Assembly (NCBI RefSeq): GCF_963921235.1
Contig: NC_086109.1
Location: 22,198,001 to 22,262,000, forward strand
Origin: Mobula hypostoma
Lineage: Eukaryota
Reading direction: 5' to 3'
Length of the DNA stretch: 64,000 bases
Shown piece by piece: positions 47,958-63,189 of this stretch. A program made the translations under genes and the position numbers. Numbering within the stretch: position 1 is the first letter of the stretch; each line of letters starts with the position of its first letter. The notes beneath the pieces were generated by a model. The model did no database searches, was not told where the DNA came from, and saw only the letters and a list, made by a program, of their open reading frames with translations.

Positions 47958-48497
47958 TAAGATCATAAGCCATAGGAGCAGAATTAGGCTATTTGGCCCA
48001 TCGGATCTGCTGTACCATTCCACCATTCTGATTTATTAACTCCCTCAACCCTATTCTCCTTTCTTTTCCATGTAAACAGTGATGCCCATACTAAGGAAGA
48101 ACCTATCCATCTCCACTTTAAATATACTCAATGATTTGGTCTCTCCACCGCCATCTGTGTCATTGAATTCCACCTCATCTCTGTTCTAAAGGCATGTCCT
48201 TGTTTTCTGAGGCTGTGCCTTCTGGTCCTCGACTTCCCCACTATAAGAACCATCTCCACCCATTCTACCTGGACCTTTCAACTTTCAATAGGTTTCAGTG
48301 AAATATCCTCTCCTTCTAAACTCCAGCAAGTACAGGCCCAGATCCATTAAAAGTTTCCGATCTGTTAATCTGTTCACTGTTGTGAACCTTCTGACTCTGC
48401 AATGCCCTGCACATCCCTCCTTAGATAAAGGGCCTAAAACTGCTCAGAATATTGACCAATGTCTGTAGTCTGACCACTGCCTTATAAAGCCTTAGCC
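47958..48497 (-). mobile_element. CR1 3' fragment abutting the exon K donor
   Basis: TAAGATCATAAGCCATAGGAGCAGAATTAGGC is the reverse complement of the CR1 tail. Confidence 0.85.
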
Positions 48498-48767
48498 TGG
48501 TCATGCTGTGGCTTGAGAGTGTTTGTTTGTGTGTGTAGACCGTTGTAGTGGAGCAGGTCAGGTCAGGCTTGGCTGTCAGTGGTTTGGTAACCTGTAGCTC
48601 TGATTTTTTCAAGTGGTGAGTTCCTCACTGTGCTTGGCGGGAGAGTTGCATGGAGTGGTGAGCAATGTCGTGGCAGTGAGGCCATTGGGTTTGTGTCGGT
48701 AGGGAAGGAACAAGGGGTCCAAAGAGTGGGATAATTGGATTCAAACAACGGGTTTTCTGTTCAACAG

Positions 48768-48909
48768 CAAGACAGATGCAGATGAAAGGGGCAGTGGGCA
48801 GTCGTGTGACTTTGTGAAACCATCTTCCAACTACAGGCAGCCAGCACCTGATCAGTACCTTCAACCGGCTGCTGACAGAGAGACACGGACTGCAGGCAGC
48901 AGACCTCAG
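48768..48909 (+). CDS. MAGI3: MAGI3-like exon L (divergent linker ...SSNYRQP...AGSRPQ)
   Basis: caacag acceptor, gtatgg donor; 142 nt, open; phase 2 to 0 exactly bridges exons K and M. Protein similarity is weak. Confidence 0.8.
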
Positions 48910-49439
48910 GTATGGTCTATACCAGCTCTTTTATTGTGATACTTTTTGCAAAAGGGTCCAGAGATTTGATGCCAAGATCTTAATTCTCCCAACTTCCCAT
49001 TCACAACTGACTAAAATGCTGTCTTCCAAATTTTCAGATGTAAAGCAATTTCAATGTTCACCTGTATTGTCCAGCCTGAAAACGCTGGGTGAATATAATT
49101 TAGTTGTAAAAGATCTAAAAGCAAGGAACTAGGACTGAACCTTAAATCACTGGTTTGATCTGAGAATATTGAGTCCTGCTCTGAACACCATATTCTAGGA
49201 TTCTCAGTTCTTGGGAAGGGGGGCGGGGTGGGGGTCATGACTCACCAAACTAGTATTTGCAGTAATACCAGTGAGAAGCTGGGTTGTCTTCCCTTGAGAA
49301 CTGAAGGTGGGTTAAAGGGATGTGCACAATTGAACCCGTTCAGTTAAATTCAGGGGAACTGCCAATATGATCAGCATATAGACTACAGACCTTTTGGTAA
49401 AAATAAACACTGTTTAAATAGTGTGGTCATAAAGAATGT

Positions 49440-49935
49440 GCTTCCCTTGAGTACCATTCCCTTTCTGGTATGTTGGTCCATGGCCGCGTCTTCTGCCAAG
49501 ATGAGCCACCCTCCAGGTGCAGGAGCAACACATTGCATTTTATCTGGCTAGCCTCTAACCTGATGGCGTGAATATAGATTTCTCCTTCTGGTAAACAAAT
49601 TCTACTCTGCCCCTGCCCCCACCCCCATTTACCTCTTCTCACCTGCTTATTATTTCTCCCAAAGTCTCCTTGTCCCCCACCCCTTCCCTTTCTCCTGAGG
49701 TCCACTCTCTTCTATTGTATTCCTCCTTCTCTAGCCTTTGACCTTTCCTACACACCTGGCTTCACCTATCACCTTCCAGCTGGCCTCCTTCCCCCTCCCC
49801 TTACCTTTTTATTCTGGCATCTTCCCCCTTCCTTCTCAGTCCTGAAGAAGGGTCTCGGCCCTAAAAATTGACTGTCTATTAAATTGCATGGATCCTGCCT
49901 GACCTGAGTTCCTCCAGCTTTTTGTGTGTGCTGCT
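49440..49935 (+). mobile_element. Penelope-like 3' fragment and terminal repeat
   Basis: Matches the reverse complement of 16205-16740; CAGTCCTGAAGAAGGGTCTCGGCCC core at 49837. Confidence 0.8.
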
Positions 49936-50407
49936 TCTTGAGGTAGCTGTAATTACTTTTAAAAGGGAATTGTATAAACATGGAGAAATATTTCCAGGAT
50001 GTGGGGAACTTTAGGTGTATGCGACTGTTGACTGTTAATCCCAAGACTACGTTCAAAGCATACCATGAGAAGCAACTTTTTAAAATCTTTTTAGTTGGAT
50101 AGGGTACAATACACACAATATTCTGACGTTATATCCAATTGTTTTTCTAACGGGAAGGAAACGTTGCTGCCTTTGTGACTGCAGGTGCTCAGCAGGCTGG
50201 TTGACGTGGTCTCCCCTAATGCACTTGGACATTTTAAGCAGGGTATATAGGATAGATCTGAACATCAGTGGCTTTCTCAGTGTCACCAACATGAAACAAA
50301 TGAATAGAAAGCAGGACAAAAAGTTTAATACTTAAAACTCAAGTTTACTGTGCTTGTGGTTGCATGCTGTCTTCCTTCTCACTCCTAGCTTCTGTCTTTA
50401 CAAACAG

Positions 50408-50551
50408 AACTCTGATTGCTTTGCTGTTGAATTGGAGAGGGGGCCCCGAGGGTTTGGATTCAGCGTTCGTGGTGGCAAGGAGTACAACATGGGGCTCTTC
50501 ATTCTGCGGCTGGCTGAAGGAGGTTCAGCGCTGCTGGATGGCAGAATCCAA
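50408..50551 (+). CDS. MAGI3: MAGI3-like exon M (PDZ5 N-half: [31 protein letters not shown])
   Basis: aacag acceptor, gtaagt donor; 144 nt, phase 0 to 0. Confidence 0.95.
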
Positions 50552-51599
50552 GTAAGTTCTTAAAGCAGATCCATGCCAGTAGGTTTATGGTACTGTCATC
50601 ACAGGCAGCCCCTCAAAGTTCTGTTCCACACAAACCTTGCAGCACAAATTTTTCATAAATTAGAAATTAATATAAACGGTGTATGGGAAAGGATCATGGA
50701 AACAGCTGTGAAGAGTGAAGTGATTGCCAGAGGCCTCACGGACTTGACGAGTCAGCAAGAAAGTCTGCTGAACTGTCCAAGTTCTGCTTTGCTTGACCCA
50801 GCCAAATAGATGGAGGGAGAAGGCGTGTGGAAATGCCCTTTCCCACCCAGCAGAAGATGCTTGTGGTCCTGTAGCAACCATCAAATTCATCCCAGCAATG
50901 TCCCAAATGCTCTTTTGTACGTCTCCCAGTTGCTCACCTTTGTGTACTGATGTCGGCTATTGAGAAAAATGGCCCTGAGATCAGCCACCACCAGTCGGCG
51001 TACCTTTATTGTGGAAACTTTATCTTTCGGTGGTGGCTTGGAACTGGATGCATGAGCTGAAGAGTGGAGATGGTGTCACTACCTGTCCCATCTGGGTAGC
51101 CTTTCTGTTAGGGAACAAAGAGACTCTCAAAGTGAGAGTATGCATTTAGGACAGCTATGAGAAATACCTGTTCACTTTTTAAATTCCGCATTAGTAAATT
51201 GGCTGTGTGGCAGGCCATTTTTTACATAGTTCTGTAAGGAATGATACTCATCTGAGAGTGTAGCTATAATGGAACAAATAATTTCTTCAGTGCTGAACAT
51301 GCTATATTCTGATTAGCCTAAAAGAATCCAGTGGAGTAGCTGTGTACTGGGTCATTAAGTCAGATCTGCCCTCCAGCAGCTTCCTTCCCTATACTGGCTC
51401 TATGCCCATTCTAAAACTGATGTCTCCCAAGTTGCATGACACCTTGCTAAGTTGGAATCAGGTTTATTATCTGGAATTTGTTGTCTGTGGCAGCAGTACT
51501 GTGCAAAGACATAAACTTACAAAATAAATAGTGAGAAGGAGAAGGAATATCGAAACAGTTGCCTCCAGTGACTCATCCACAGTAAAGCATTCAACCAGG

Positions 51600-53436
51600 T
51601 TCCCTGTGCAGGCATGAGGTCCAGGGAAACTTGGCCGTGTGGATTTGGAATTGGCTTGTCCACAGAAGGCGGAGGGTAGCAGTAGATGGAGTTTATTCTG
51701 CCTGGAGGCTCGTGACTTAAGTGGTGTTCTGCAGTAATCTGTTCTCGGACCCTTGCTGCTCCTGATTTTTATAAATGACTTGGATGAGGAAGTGAAAGGG
51801 TAAGTTAGTGAGTTTGCATTTGATACCAAGGTTGGTGGTGGTGTGTATTATGTTGTATTATGTGGATTGCTGTAGGCTATAGTAAGACAATGATGCGTTG
51901 CAGAGCTGGGCTGAAAGGTGGCAGATGGAGTTCAGTCCAAAATTGTGGATCGGAATTTAACTGTGAGGTTTGCACTTTGGGAGGACCAACCTGGGTAGGT
52001 CTTACAGTAAGCAGTAGGGCACTAAGGTGTGTGGTATAACAAAGGGATCTGGGAATACAGGCCCATAATTCATTGAAAGTGGTGTCACAGGTAGATAGGG
52101 TCGTAAAAAAGATTTTGGCACATTGGCCTTCATAAATCAAATTGAGTACAGGAGTTGAGATATTATGTTGAAGTTGTATAAGACATTGACACAGCCTGCT
52201 TTGGGGTATTGTGTGCAGTTTTGGTTACCTACCTACAGGAATGATGTTAATAAGATTGAAAGAGTACAGAGAAAAATTACGAGGATATTGCTGGGACTGG
52301 AGGACCTGAGTTATAAGGAAAGATTCAACAGATTACAATTTTATTCCCTAAAACGTAGAAGCTTGAGGGGATATTTGATAGAGGAATACAAATTATAAGG
52401 GGTATAGAGAGGGTAAATGCAAACAGGCTTTATCTACTGAAGTTGGGTGAGACTACAACTAGAGGTCAAGATTAAGAGTGAAAGGTGAAATGTTTAAGGG
52501 GAACATGAGGGAAAATCTGTTCACAGAGTGGTGAGAATGTGGAACGAGCTGCCAGCACCAGTGGTTGATGTGATTTTGATTTCCACATGTAAGAGAAGTT
52601 TGGATAAGTACATGGATGGGGTGTGGGTATGGAGGGCAGTGGTCTAGGTGCAGGTCAATGGGACTAGGCAGTTTGAATGGTTTGACATGGACTAGATATG
52701 ATGAAGGGCCTGTTTCTGTGCTGTAATTGTCTATGACTGTGTTCCTCTATACTAAAAATCCTGTTATTAACCTTGTACTCTGTCTTCCGTTGATCTTCCA
52801 AAGTGTATCGGAGGGATCTTGGGGTCCAAGTCCATAGATCCCTTAAAGTTGCAGCGCAGTTTGACAGGGGGGTAGTTTAAGGGAGTATGATGTGTTGGTC
52901 TTCATTAGTCAGGAGATAATGTTGCAACTCAGTAAAACTCTGGCTAGGCCAGAGTATTATGATCCATTCTGGTCACCTTTTCATAGGGAGGATGTGGAAG
53001 CTTTAGAATCTGCAGAGATTTACCAGGATGCTACCTAGATCAAAGATTAAATCTTATGAGAAAAGATTGTTCCAAAGAGAAAAGCCCTAGCACGCTTACA
53101 GGAAGATGAAAGGTGACTTGATTGAGTTGAATAAGATACTATGAGGCACAGATAGAGTGGACAACCAGCATCTTTTTGTCAGGATGGCAATGGCTAATAT
53201 GTGAGGGCATTGTGTTTAGGTGATGGGGGTCTGTCAGAGGTAGATCGTTACAGTGGTGAGTGCATCAAATGCACTGCCGGGGTGGTGGTAGATACATTAG
53301 GGGCATTTAAGATGCTCTTAGACAAAATAAAAATGGAGGGCGATGTGTGGATTATATTGATCTTTGGAGTAGGTTAAAACGTCAGCACAAAATCATGGGC
53401 CAAAGGATCTGTACTGTGCTGTAATGTTCTATGTTC
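51600..53436 (+). mobile_element. Two or three adjacent degraded CR1 3' fragments (51600-52740, 52808-53436)
   Basis: RT C-terminal motifs (YCVQFW, ERVQRK); two CR1 tails ending near 52740 and 53436. Confidence 0.85.
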
Positions 53437-53474
53437 AGGTATGATTTATTCTTCCCCTCTTTCCATTCTTGCAG

Positions 53475-53613
53475 GTTGGTGACCAGATTGTTGAAATTAA
53501 TGGCGAGTCCACACAAGGGATCACACACAAGAGAGCCATTGAGCTGATTCAGTCTGGAGGCAGGAAAGCGCATCTTGTCTTGAAGCCAGGCATAGGTCAG
53601 GTGCCTGACTTTG
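53475..53613 (+). CDS. MAGI3: MAGI3-like exon N (PDZ5 C-half: [29 protein letters not shown]...PGIGQVPDF)
   Basis: cttgcag acceptor, gtgggt donor; 139 nt, phase 0 to 1. Confidence 0.94.
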
Positions 53614-53944
53614 GTGGGTTTCCCTTTCAGTCTTAATTTTACAGAATGTAATGTAATAAATGATTAGGGTGGAGGTGGTCAGTAATATTAAAGCAGTGAT
53701 TTTTGCTTCCACCACCACCCAATCCAGCAAATGATATAGAACTGAATGGTGCTTCCATCATGAGGCAGTAATGGCTAGAAGATTCTTTTGAAGACCCCTT
53801 CCGTCTTGCCCCTTGGTCTGTGTGTATCTGTTTCTTCGACCTGCTCTTGACCACTGGCTTTGCAGAAATGTGATCTTCTGTGGAACTTTTATTTTTATTC
53901 TCATAGTTGCATTTAGTCCTAGGCTTCTCCCTCCCCTTCTCTAG

Positions 53945-53994
53945 GAATGGCACCTTGCAGCCTCTCGACATGTACGACTCATGAGCAGCGCTGA
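53945..53994 (+). CDS. MAGI3: Alternative short-isoform C-terminal exon (GMAPCSLSTCTTHEQR*; exon probably extends to 54029)
   Basis: Pyrimidine tract ...ctccctccccttctctag, phase 1 entry, TGA at 53992-53994, donor CTG|GTAAAT at 54029/54030. Resembles the short MAGI3 C-terminus as I recall it (GLAPSGLCSYVKPEQH). Confidence 0.78.
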
Positions 53995-54069
53995 GGCTTC
54001 ACGTCTCCCCTCATCTCTCCTGGGACCTGGTAAATCAGCATGTCTTTTACTTTTTTTATTCAGACTCTC

Positions 54070-54101
<32 letters not shown>

Positions 54102-54309
54102 GCAGTTTTGATTCGGTGTGTGCATTTTTCTTTTACTCTTGCCCTCTGCAGTCTTCCTTTGTATCTCCTCACTAAGCTCATGGCATCCTCATGGCAATCT
54201 TTACTCTGCCTACTTGCTCACCCGCCCCCCCCCCCCACCACTGACACACACAGACCCAGACACCTACACAATCCTGCAGTCAGTTTAAATCTGAACTGAT
54301 TCTGTGAAA

Positions 54310-56566
54310 TTCAGGTTGGTGCTGGATTCCAAGAGAAGAAGTTTGTAGAATGCCTACAAACTGGCTTTTTAGAGCAGCTTGTGGGTGAGCCCACAAAAGG
54401 AATGGCAGTTCTGGATTGGGTGTTCTGTAATGGCCCAGATTTGATTGGGGAGTTTTAAAGTAAAGGAGGCAGTGATCACTATATTATAGAATTCACTGTA
54501 GTTGGAGCAGAAGGTAAAATCTGCTTGCATCATTATTACAGTGGAGTAAAAGGAATTACAGAGGCACAAGAGGGGAGTTGGCCAAGGTTGGCTGGAAGAG
54601 GATACCAGCAGGGATGATGGCAAAACAGCAATGGCTGGTGTTTCTGGGGAAAATTCAGAAGGCGCAGGAAAGAAGCAACACAAAGATGAAGAAGAATTCT
54701 AAAGGGAGGATGAGGGGAACCATGGCTGACAAGGGAAGTCAAAGACAGCATAAAAGCTAGAGAGGCATACGATATAACAAAAATTAGTGGCAAGGTAGAC
54801 AATTGGGAAGCTTTCAAAAACCAGCAGAAGGCATTTAAAAAGCCCTCAGGAGAGAAAAGATTATGGAAAACTAGCCAATAATATAAGAGGATACCAAAAG
54901 ATTTTTTTCCAGAGATACAAAGAGTAAAAGAGAGAATAGAGTGGATATTGGACCACTGGAAAGGTGGTAATGGGGACAAAGAAATGGCTGACGAACTGAT
55001 TATTTTGTCTTCACTGTGGAAGACACTAGCAGAATGCCAGAAATGTAAGTGTCGGGGGCAGGCGTGAGTATCATTGCTATTACTAAAGAGAAGGTGCTTG
55101 GGAAGCTGAAAAGTCTGATGATAGATGAGACACCTGGACCATAAGGACTAGACCCAGGGTTCTAAAAGAGGTAGCTGATGAAATCGTGGAGGAATTAATA
55201 ATGATGTTTTCAGGATCATTAGATTCCAGAATGGTTCTTGAGAACTGGAAAATTGCAAATATCACTCCACTGTTTCAGAATGGAGGGAGGCAGAAAAGGG
55301 AAATTATAGGCCAGTTAGCCTGACTTCAGTGGTTGGAAAGATGTTGGAGTCTATTATTAAGGATGAGGATGTGGAGTACTTGGAGGCACATGATAAAATA
55401 GGTCAAAGTCTGCATGGTTTTCTAAAGGGTAAATCTTGCTTGACCAATCTGTTGGAATTCTTTGAGGAAGTAACCAGCAGGACAGACAAAGGAGATTCAG
55501 TAGTTTATTTGGATTTTCAGAAGGTCTTTGACAAGGTGCTGCACATGAGGCTGCTTAACAAGAGCCCGTTGTATTATAGGAAAGATGCTGGCATGGATAG
55601 AAGATTGACTGGCAGGAAGCAGAGTGGGAATAAAGGGGGTCTTTTCTGACTGGCTGCTGATAACTAGTGTTGCTGCAGGGGTCAGTGTTGGGACTGCTTT
55701 TCATGTTATGTCAATGATTTGGAAAAGGAATTGATGGCTTTGTGGCCAAGTTAGCAGACAATACGAAGATGGTGTTGAGGGAGCAGGGAGCCTGCAGACA
55801 GACTTGGACAGATTGGGGAAATGGGCAAAGAGGTGGCAGATGGAATATAGTGTAGCACAGGGTCATGTAAAGGGGGAGAAAATTCAAAAACCAGAGGTAC
55901 AAATGGACCTGGGAGTCCTTGTGCAGGATTCCCTAAAGGTTAACTTGCAGGTTGAGTCAGTGGTAAGGAAGGTAAGTGCAATGTTAGCATTCATTTTGTG
56001 AGGACTGAAATACAAAAGCAAGAATGCAAGGCATTGGTTAGACCACACTTGGAGTATTGTAAGCAGATCTAAGAAAAAATGTGCTGGCATTGAGAGGATC
56101 CAGAGGAGGTTCATGAGACTTATTCTGGTAATGAAAGGGTATGTTTGATGGCTCTTGGCCTGTACTCACTGGAGTTTAGAAGAAGGAATCGCATTGAAAT
56201 GTATCAACATTGAAAGGTCTAGATAATGTGAATGTGGAGAGGATGCTTCCTATAGAGGGGGAGTGTGGGACCGGAGGGCACAGACTAAATTGAGGGACAT
56301 CTATTTAGAACAGAAATGAGGAAAATTTTCTTTAGCCATAGGGTGGTGAATCTGGAATTTATTGCCACAAATGGCTGAGCAGGCCAAGTCATTGAATACA
56401 TTTAAGGTGGAAGTTGATAGGTTCTTGATTAATCAGGGTGTCAAAGGTTACGAGAAGAAGGCAGGAGAATGGAGTTGAGAGGAATAATAAATCAGCCATG
56501 ATGGAATGGCAGAGCAGACTCAATGGGCCAAATAGCCTAATTCTGCTCCTATGTCTTATGGTCTTA
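54310..56566 (+). mobile_element. 5'-truncated CR1 LINE, degraded
   Basis: HGFLKGKSCLTNLLEFFEEVT and YLDFQKVFDKV; CR1 3' UTR. Confidence 0.92.
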
Positions 56567-57039
56567 ATGTTTCAACTTTGCTTGAGAGCATGTTTATACA
56601 GCACCTTTCCTGAGAGATTGTCCCAGAGCACTTAACAGCCACTGAAGTACTTTTGAAGTGTAGTCATTTTTGTAGGAAATTAGATGGCCATGATAAGCAC
56701 ATTTCAAATAAATTGTGATAAAATCTTAATCAGTTTTTAATGCTGGTTAAAACTAGGCAAGGACACCAGGGCCATGGCTGAAAGTATTTCTTCAGAATAA
56801 TGTCACCAAACCTCTTGCACTTGTTTAAGAGTGATAATTAATGACCGATCTTAAAAATGGTATCTTTAACAACAGTTTTCCTTTGTACTGGTGTGGGAAT
56901 GGTGGGCAGGATTCTGTTCAGGTCAGTGACCTGAATGCACAACATGTGACTCTAAGGTTAATGAGCCAATACTAGTTCCAGCACACAAATTATTCCACCT
57001 CTGGGGAAAGAGCCAGATCTAGAAGCCAATAATGAAACT

Positions 57040-57445
57040 GAATTCGTAGAGCACTACAGCACAGAAACAGACCAATGTGGTCTGTGCTGACTGAACCTTC
57101 TACCAAGTCCCATCTCCCTGCACCCAGACCATAGCTCTTTATACCCTCCTCATCCGCGTACCTATCCAAACTTAAATGTTACAACTGATCCCACATCCAC
57201 CTTCTGCTGGCAGCTCATTCCACACTCGCACCAAACTCTGAGTAAAGAAGATCCCCTTTAAATATTTTGCCTTTAATCCTTAATCTATGACCTCTATTTC
57301 TAATCTCACCCAATCTGAGGGAAAAAAGCTTGTATGCTTCCCCCCCCCCATCTATCTCCCTCAATTTTGCACTTCTCTGTAAGATCTCCCCTCATTCTTC
57401 TGCACTCCAGGAATAAAGTCCTAACCTATTCAGCCTCTCCCTGTG
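57040..57445 (-). mobile_element. CR1 3' fragment
   Basis: Reverse complement resembles the 52400-52740 CR1 end. Confidence 0.75.
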
Positions 57446-58021
57446 AGGGGCAGCATAAACCTCATTGCCACAAGGAATGCCATGGAAAGTAAAATACTGC
57501 AGATACTCCAAATCTAAAATAAAATCTGAAAGTACAAGAAGCACATGGATTGGGAAGCCTGTCGAAGAGAAAGAATTAACATCTTGGATAGATGACGTTA
57601 CATCAAGAATTGAGTGTTAGGGTCCAGAAGCATAAATATTTTGTTGAGGAGTCGGGAGAATATAATGGGTACTTACACCATTACCTGAATAAGTTCTTGT
57701 GGAGCATAAACATTAGTGTAGACTATTGGATTACAGGTCCACTTCTGTATTATTCTATTAAAGAGACATGGCATTTACTCACATTCCCTCAGAGTCCAGG
57801 TAAGTCTACCTCACTGCAGCTCAACTGTTCCTCTTGTCTGCTTTTATGTCCTAGACTAATCTTGTGCTCTCCTTACCTTCCACCCTTTAAACTTCAGCTC
57901 TTGTGAAGCACCTTGGGCTATGTTGTTATTATAAAGATGGTTGAATTAGCTGAACTGCCAAACCCCACCACCATTGATATATTTATTTTTTGGAGAACAG
58001 CTTCTGGGACTGGAGCCCAGA

Positions 58022-58185
58022 TCAGATACAAGACATAGGACCAGAATAATTGCCATTCGACCCATCAAGTCTGCTCTGCCATTCCATCATGGCTGATTTA
58101 TTATCCCTCTCAACTTCACTCTCCTACCTTCTCCACATAATCTTTGACGCTCTTACTAATCAGGAACCTATTGATCTCCACTTTG
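58022..58185 (-). mobile_element. CR1 3' end fragment
   Basis: AAGACATAGGACCAGAAT...GTCTGCTCTGCCATTCCATCATGGCTGAT. Confidence 0.75.
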
Positions 58186-58501
58186 TATGGGTAGTAAACC
58201 TCTGTGTGACCTCGTTGCAGCTTTCCACAAAATTCCAGTCAACAAATTCATTTTCACTCGGAAGTGCACCATGCCACCACTATTTCCTCTTTCCTCTTAC
58301 CGAATGCAGTCTCTCACCTCTGTTCCCCTCTTCATTCTCCTCTGACCTCTTTTATCTGCATTGTGCATGGCTGGGAGGGGTGTAGTGTGAGAATGCACTG
58401 GTAAAGGGAAAATTTGGGATTTTGTATCTAAGAGAGATGTTCATCAAATGAAATATGCTGTTTGCTGCCTATCTGATCATCAAATGCATTGCATTTTGTA
58501 G

Positions 58502-59190
58502 ATGATCTGGATCCCCAGGACACTCCATATTCCAGCCTCCAGGAACTACCCACAGCTCCTGAAGACCCACCATCACCATCCTTTCCAAATTCTGCCCCAA
58601 ACCTTACTGATCCTGAGAAGACCGTATCAAAAGAGAAGCTACAGGGAGAACAAGAGACTGGAACCAAAGTTGTGGGCATATGGGAAGAGGGGGAGGAAGG
58701 TTGTGCCGAGTTTGCAAAGGAAAAGGTGGAGCCCAGGGAGAGTACAAGCAGCCCAAAGAAAGCACAGCTGACCGGTGGCAGAGAGAATGAGGCCATGGGC
58801 CCACGCAAAGCCCTGGGCTCCAGGGAGCATCTGCCAGACAGCCCCAGGAAGGCCGAAAAGGACGAAGGAAAGCAGCGGCTGGTGGTAGGAAGGAGAGGGC
58901 GATCGCGCAGCCCACGGGGAAGAATGGGAGAGGAGCCACAAGGCGGACGCCAGGGCAGTGCGGCAGAGGGTCGAACCGGCAGCCTGGAGAGCAGCCGGCG
59001 GAAGGCGGAAGCGGGGACTGAGCAGAGACTATCAGCAAAAGGCAATGGGCAGGGAGTGGGGCAGAGCCATCCCAGGATCAGCGGCTCAACATTGCACCCC
59101 AGCCCAGGGACAAAAACAGCACCAACCACGAGAAAGACGCTGATAACCCCCGGGCCCTGGAAAAAGCCAGATGCTCAGAGGCCCTTGTAA
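58502..59190 (+). CDS. MAGI3: MAGI3-like terminal coding exon, long isoform (low-complexity, RRGRSRSP, KTLITPGPWK)
   Basis: ttttgtag acceptor, phase 1; stop TAA at 59188-59190; KTLITPGPWK matches the MAGI3 C-terminal motif. Confidence 0.9.
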
Positions 59191-60879
59191 CAGAAAGCAA
59201 ACAAATTATATATGTTAAATTATTTTTTTATAAACTTTGATTTCTGTTAAACACCTGTTGCATCTTATTTAAAGGTTCTGTAGGAACTGTGGAAAACCAA
59301 ACTTTTCCCAAGTGAAGGAATGACTCCGGTACTCAGCTGTTGGACACTTGACTGGCTGCGAAGTAAAATCTATTGGGATTTTTCCCTGTTTTACAAGTTG
59401 ACTCTGAGGTGTGCACTTGTGATTTACTTTCCGTATCCCCACAAGTTAGCAGTTGCCCCATCCGACTGCAGTGGTAGAATGTCCTAAGATTTACCTGTCA
59501 CAGATAGCTCTGACTTTGGAATGTGACTGTTGCTTTGTCTGTAAGCAATTTCAGGTGCCAGCGGGTGAGACTCTCATGGTTTCCACCTGTAACATCATGA
59601 GTAGAATCTTGCCACTGCTTTGCAGATCTGAAATCAGTAGCTTAATAACAAAGACCTTAAATGTTAACCAGTGTATTTATTTGTTTTGTATCATTCTGAA
59701 TCAACCGTGCAGTGCTTTAATCCTTGTTTTCTTTAATACACTGAAATTCTTTTCATCACCTTTTCTTGAGCTAAAATAACTTGCAGTATTCTGACCACCA
59801 TTGAACAGCGATCTCTCAGCTACTGGTTTCAGTATCTGTGGGCTCCTCTCAATCTGTCATTGAAAAGGATCTGGAAAATTTTGTGTGTGATTTGCTGCTC
59901 CCTAGACTGCTCAAAACCAGTTGGTCAGACCAAGAGCAACAAAAATCTGCATGGAACACATTCCATGTAGATTAGAGATTATTTTGTTCGTGGTGTAATC
60001 CCACTTCTTTATTAGCATCTTCAGTACTTCAGTCTGAAGAAGATGCAGAATAACTAGCATCTCCCAATGTTTCATTCTGCCCCAATGTTAGAGGATGGGT
60101 GTGCACATCTGCTTCTCCCTGTTTTACCCATGTTCTGTGTCCATGGAGATCGGTGCTGTAGCAAGCAATTGCTTCCAATCTGTAACAATTATTCTGCTAG
60201 TCATGGTGGTGATAGAGTAGCCTTTTTATGGAATGGCCTCTCCAGTGCCCACACTCTTTCTCTCTTCCGTTCCCCTCCATCCTCTAGACACAATACACTA
60301 AGGTGCGTTTTCTGACTTAATCCTGTTGGTATCTCTGCTACGTAACTTGCATTGCCCTGCAGGGAGATGTGTTGCCAAGAAGTATTTCTGTTACCCTCCA
60401 TAGCACTGTGTGTCCCTTTTTTTACCCTTGCAGCTAAGAAACAGTAGGAAATAAAGACCCTGGACTGTGACTGTGGTGCAGGCAGTGTCTTGTGACCACT
60501 TTACTGTTATATTTCATATGCGATAATGTGTAAAAGTTGAATTTAGGAAATCATGCAGAAATGTTTTGATATTCCTCAGCTCATCCATTGATCAGCTCGA
60601 GCTTTCACTCCACAGTGTTGTCTGAATTTCCTTGTTGGTAGACTAGCTATACTCATTGTTTCACCCCATCAGTAACAAAGCATCTTGCAGACTGTACAGT
60701 ACTCAAGGCATGGGTGTGGCCTTTGAGTAAAGCTGAACAAGCCTTGAGTTGTTGGTTGTAAATTTTTATACTGTACAGTCTCTATAAATACTGTCATTAG
60801 GGAGAGATCTGTAAACCCTCATTATTTTTTTATGTATGACATGAAAAATGCAATCCTTGGTCATGGTGTTGAACTGTAA

Positions 60880-63104
<2,225 letters not shown>

Positions 63105-63189
63105 AGCACATAACGTCACAATCCACAAGTCCTAATAATTAGCTGCTTTCATTTTGCACAAGAGTTAAAACAAATTTGTAAGATTTATC

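Noticed and set aside
54075..54105. Long poly-T followed by GCAG as another acceptor
   Set aside because: No plausible coding exon or homology follows; likely a simple repeat.
58428..59129. 233-aa antisense ORF
   Set aside because: Shadow of the GC-rich, low-complexity terminal exon; no motifs.
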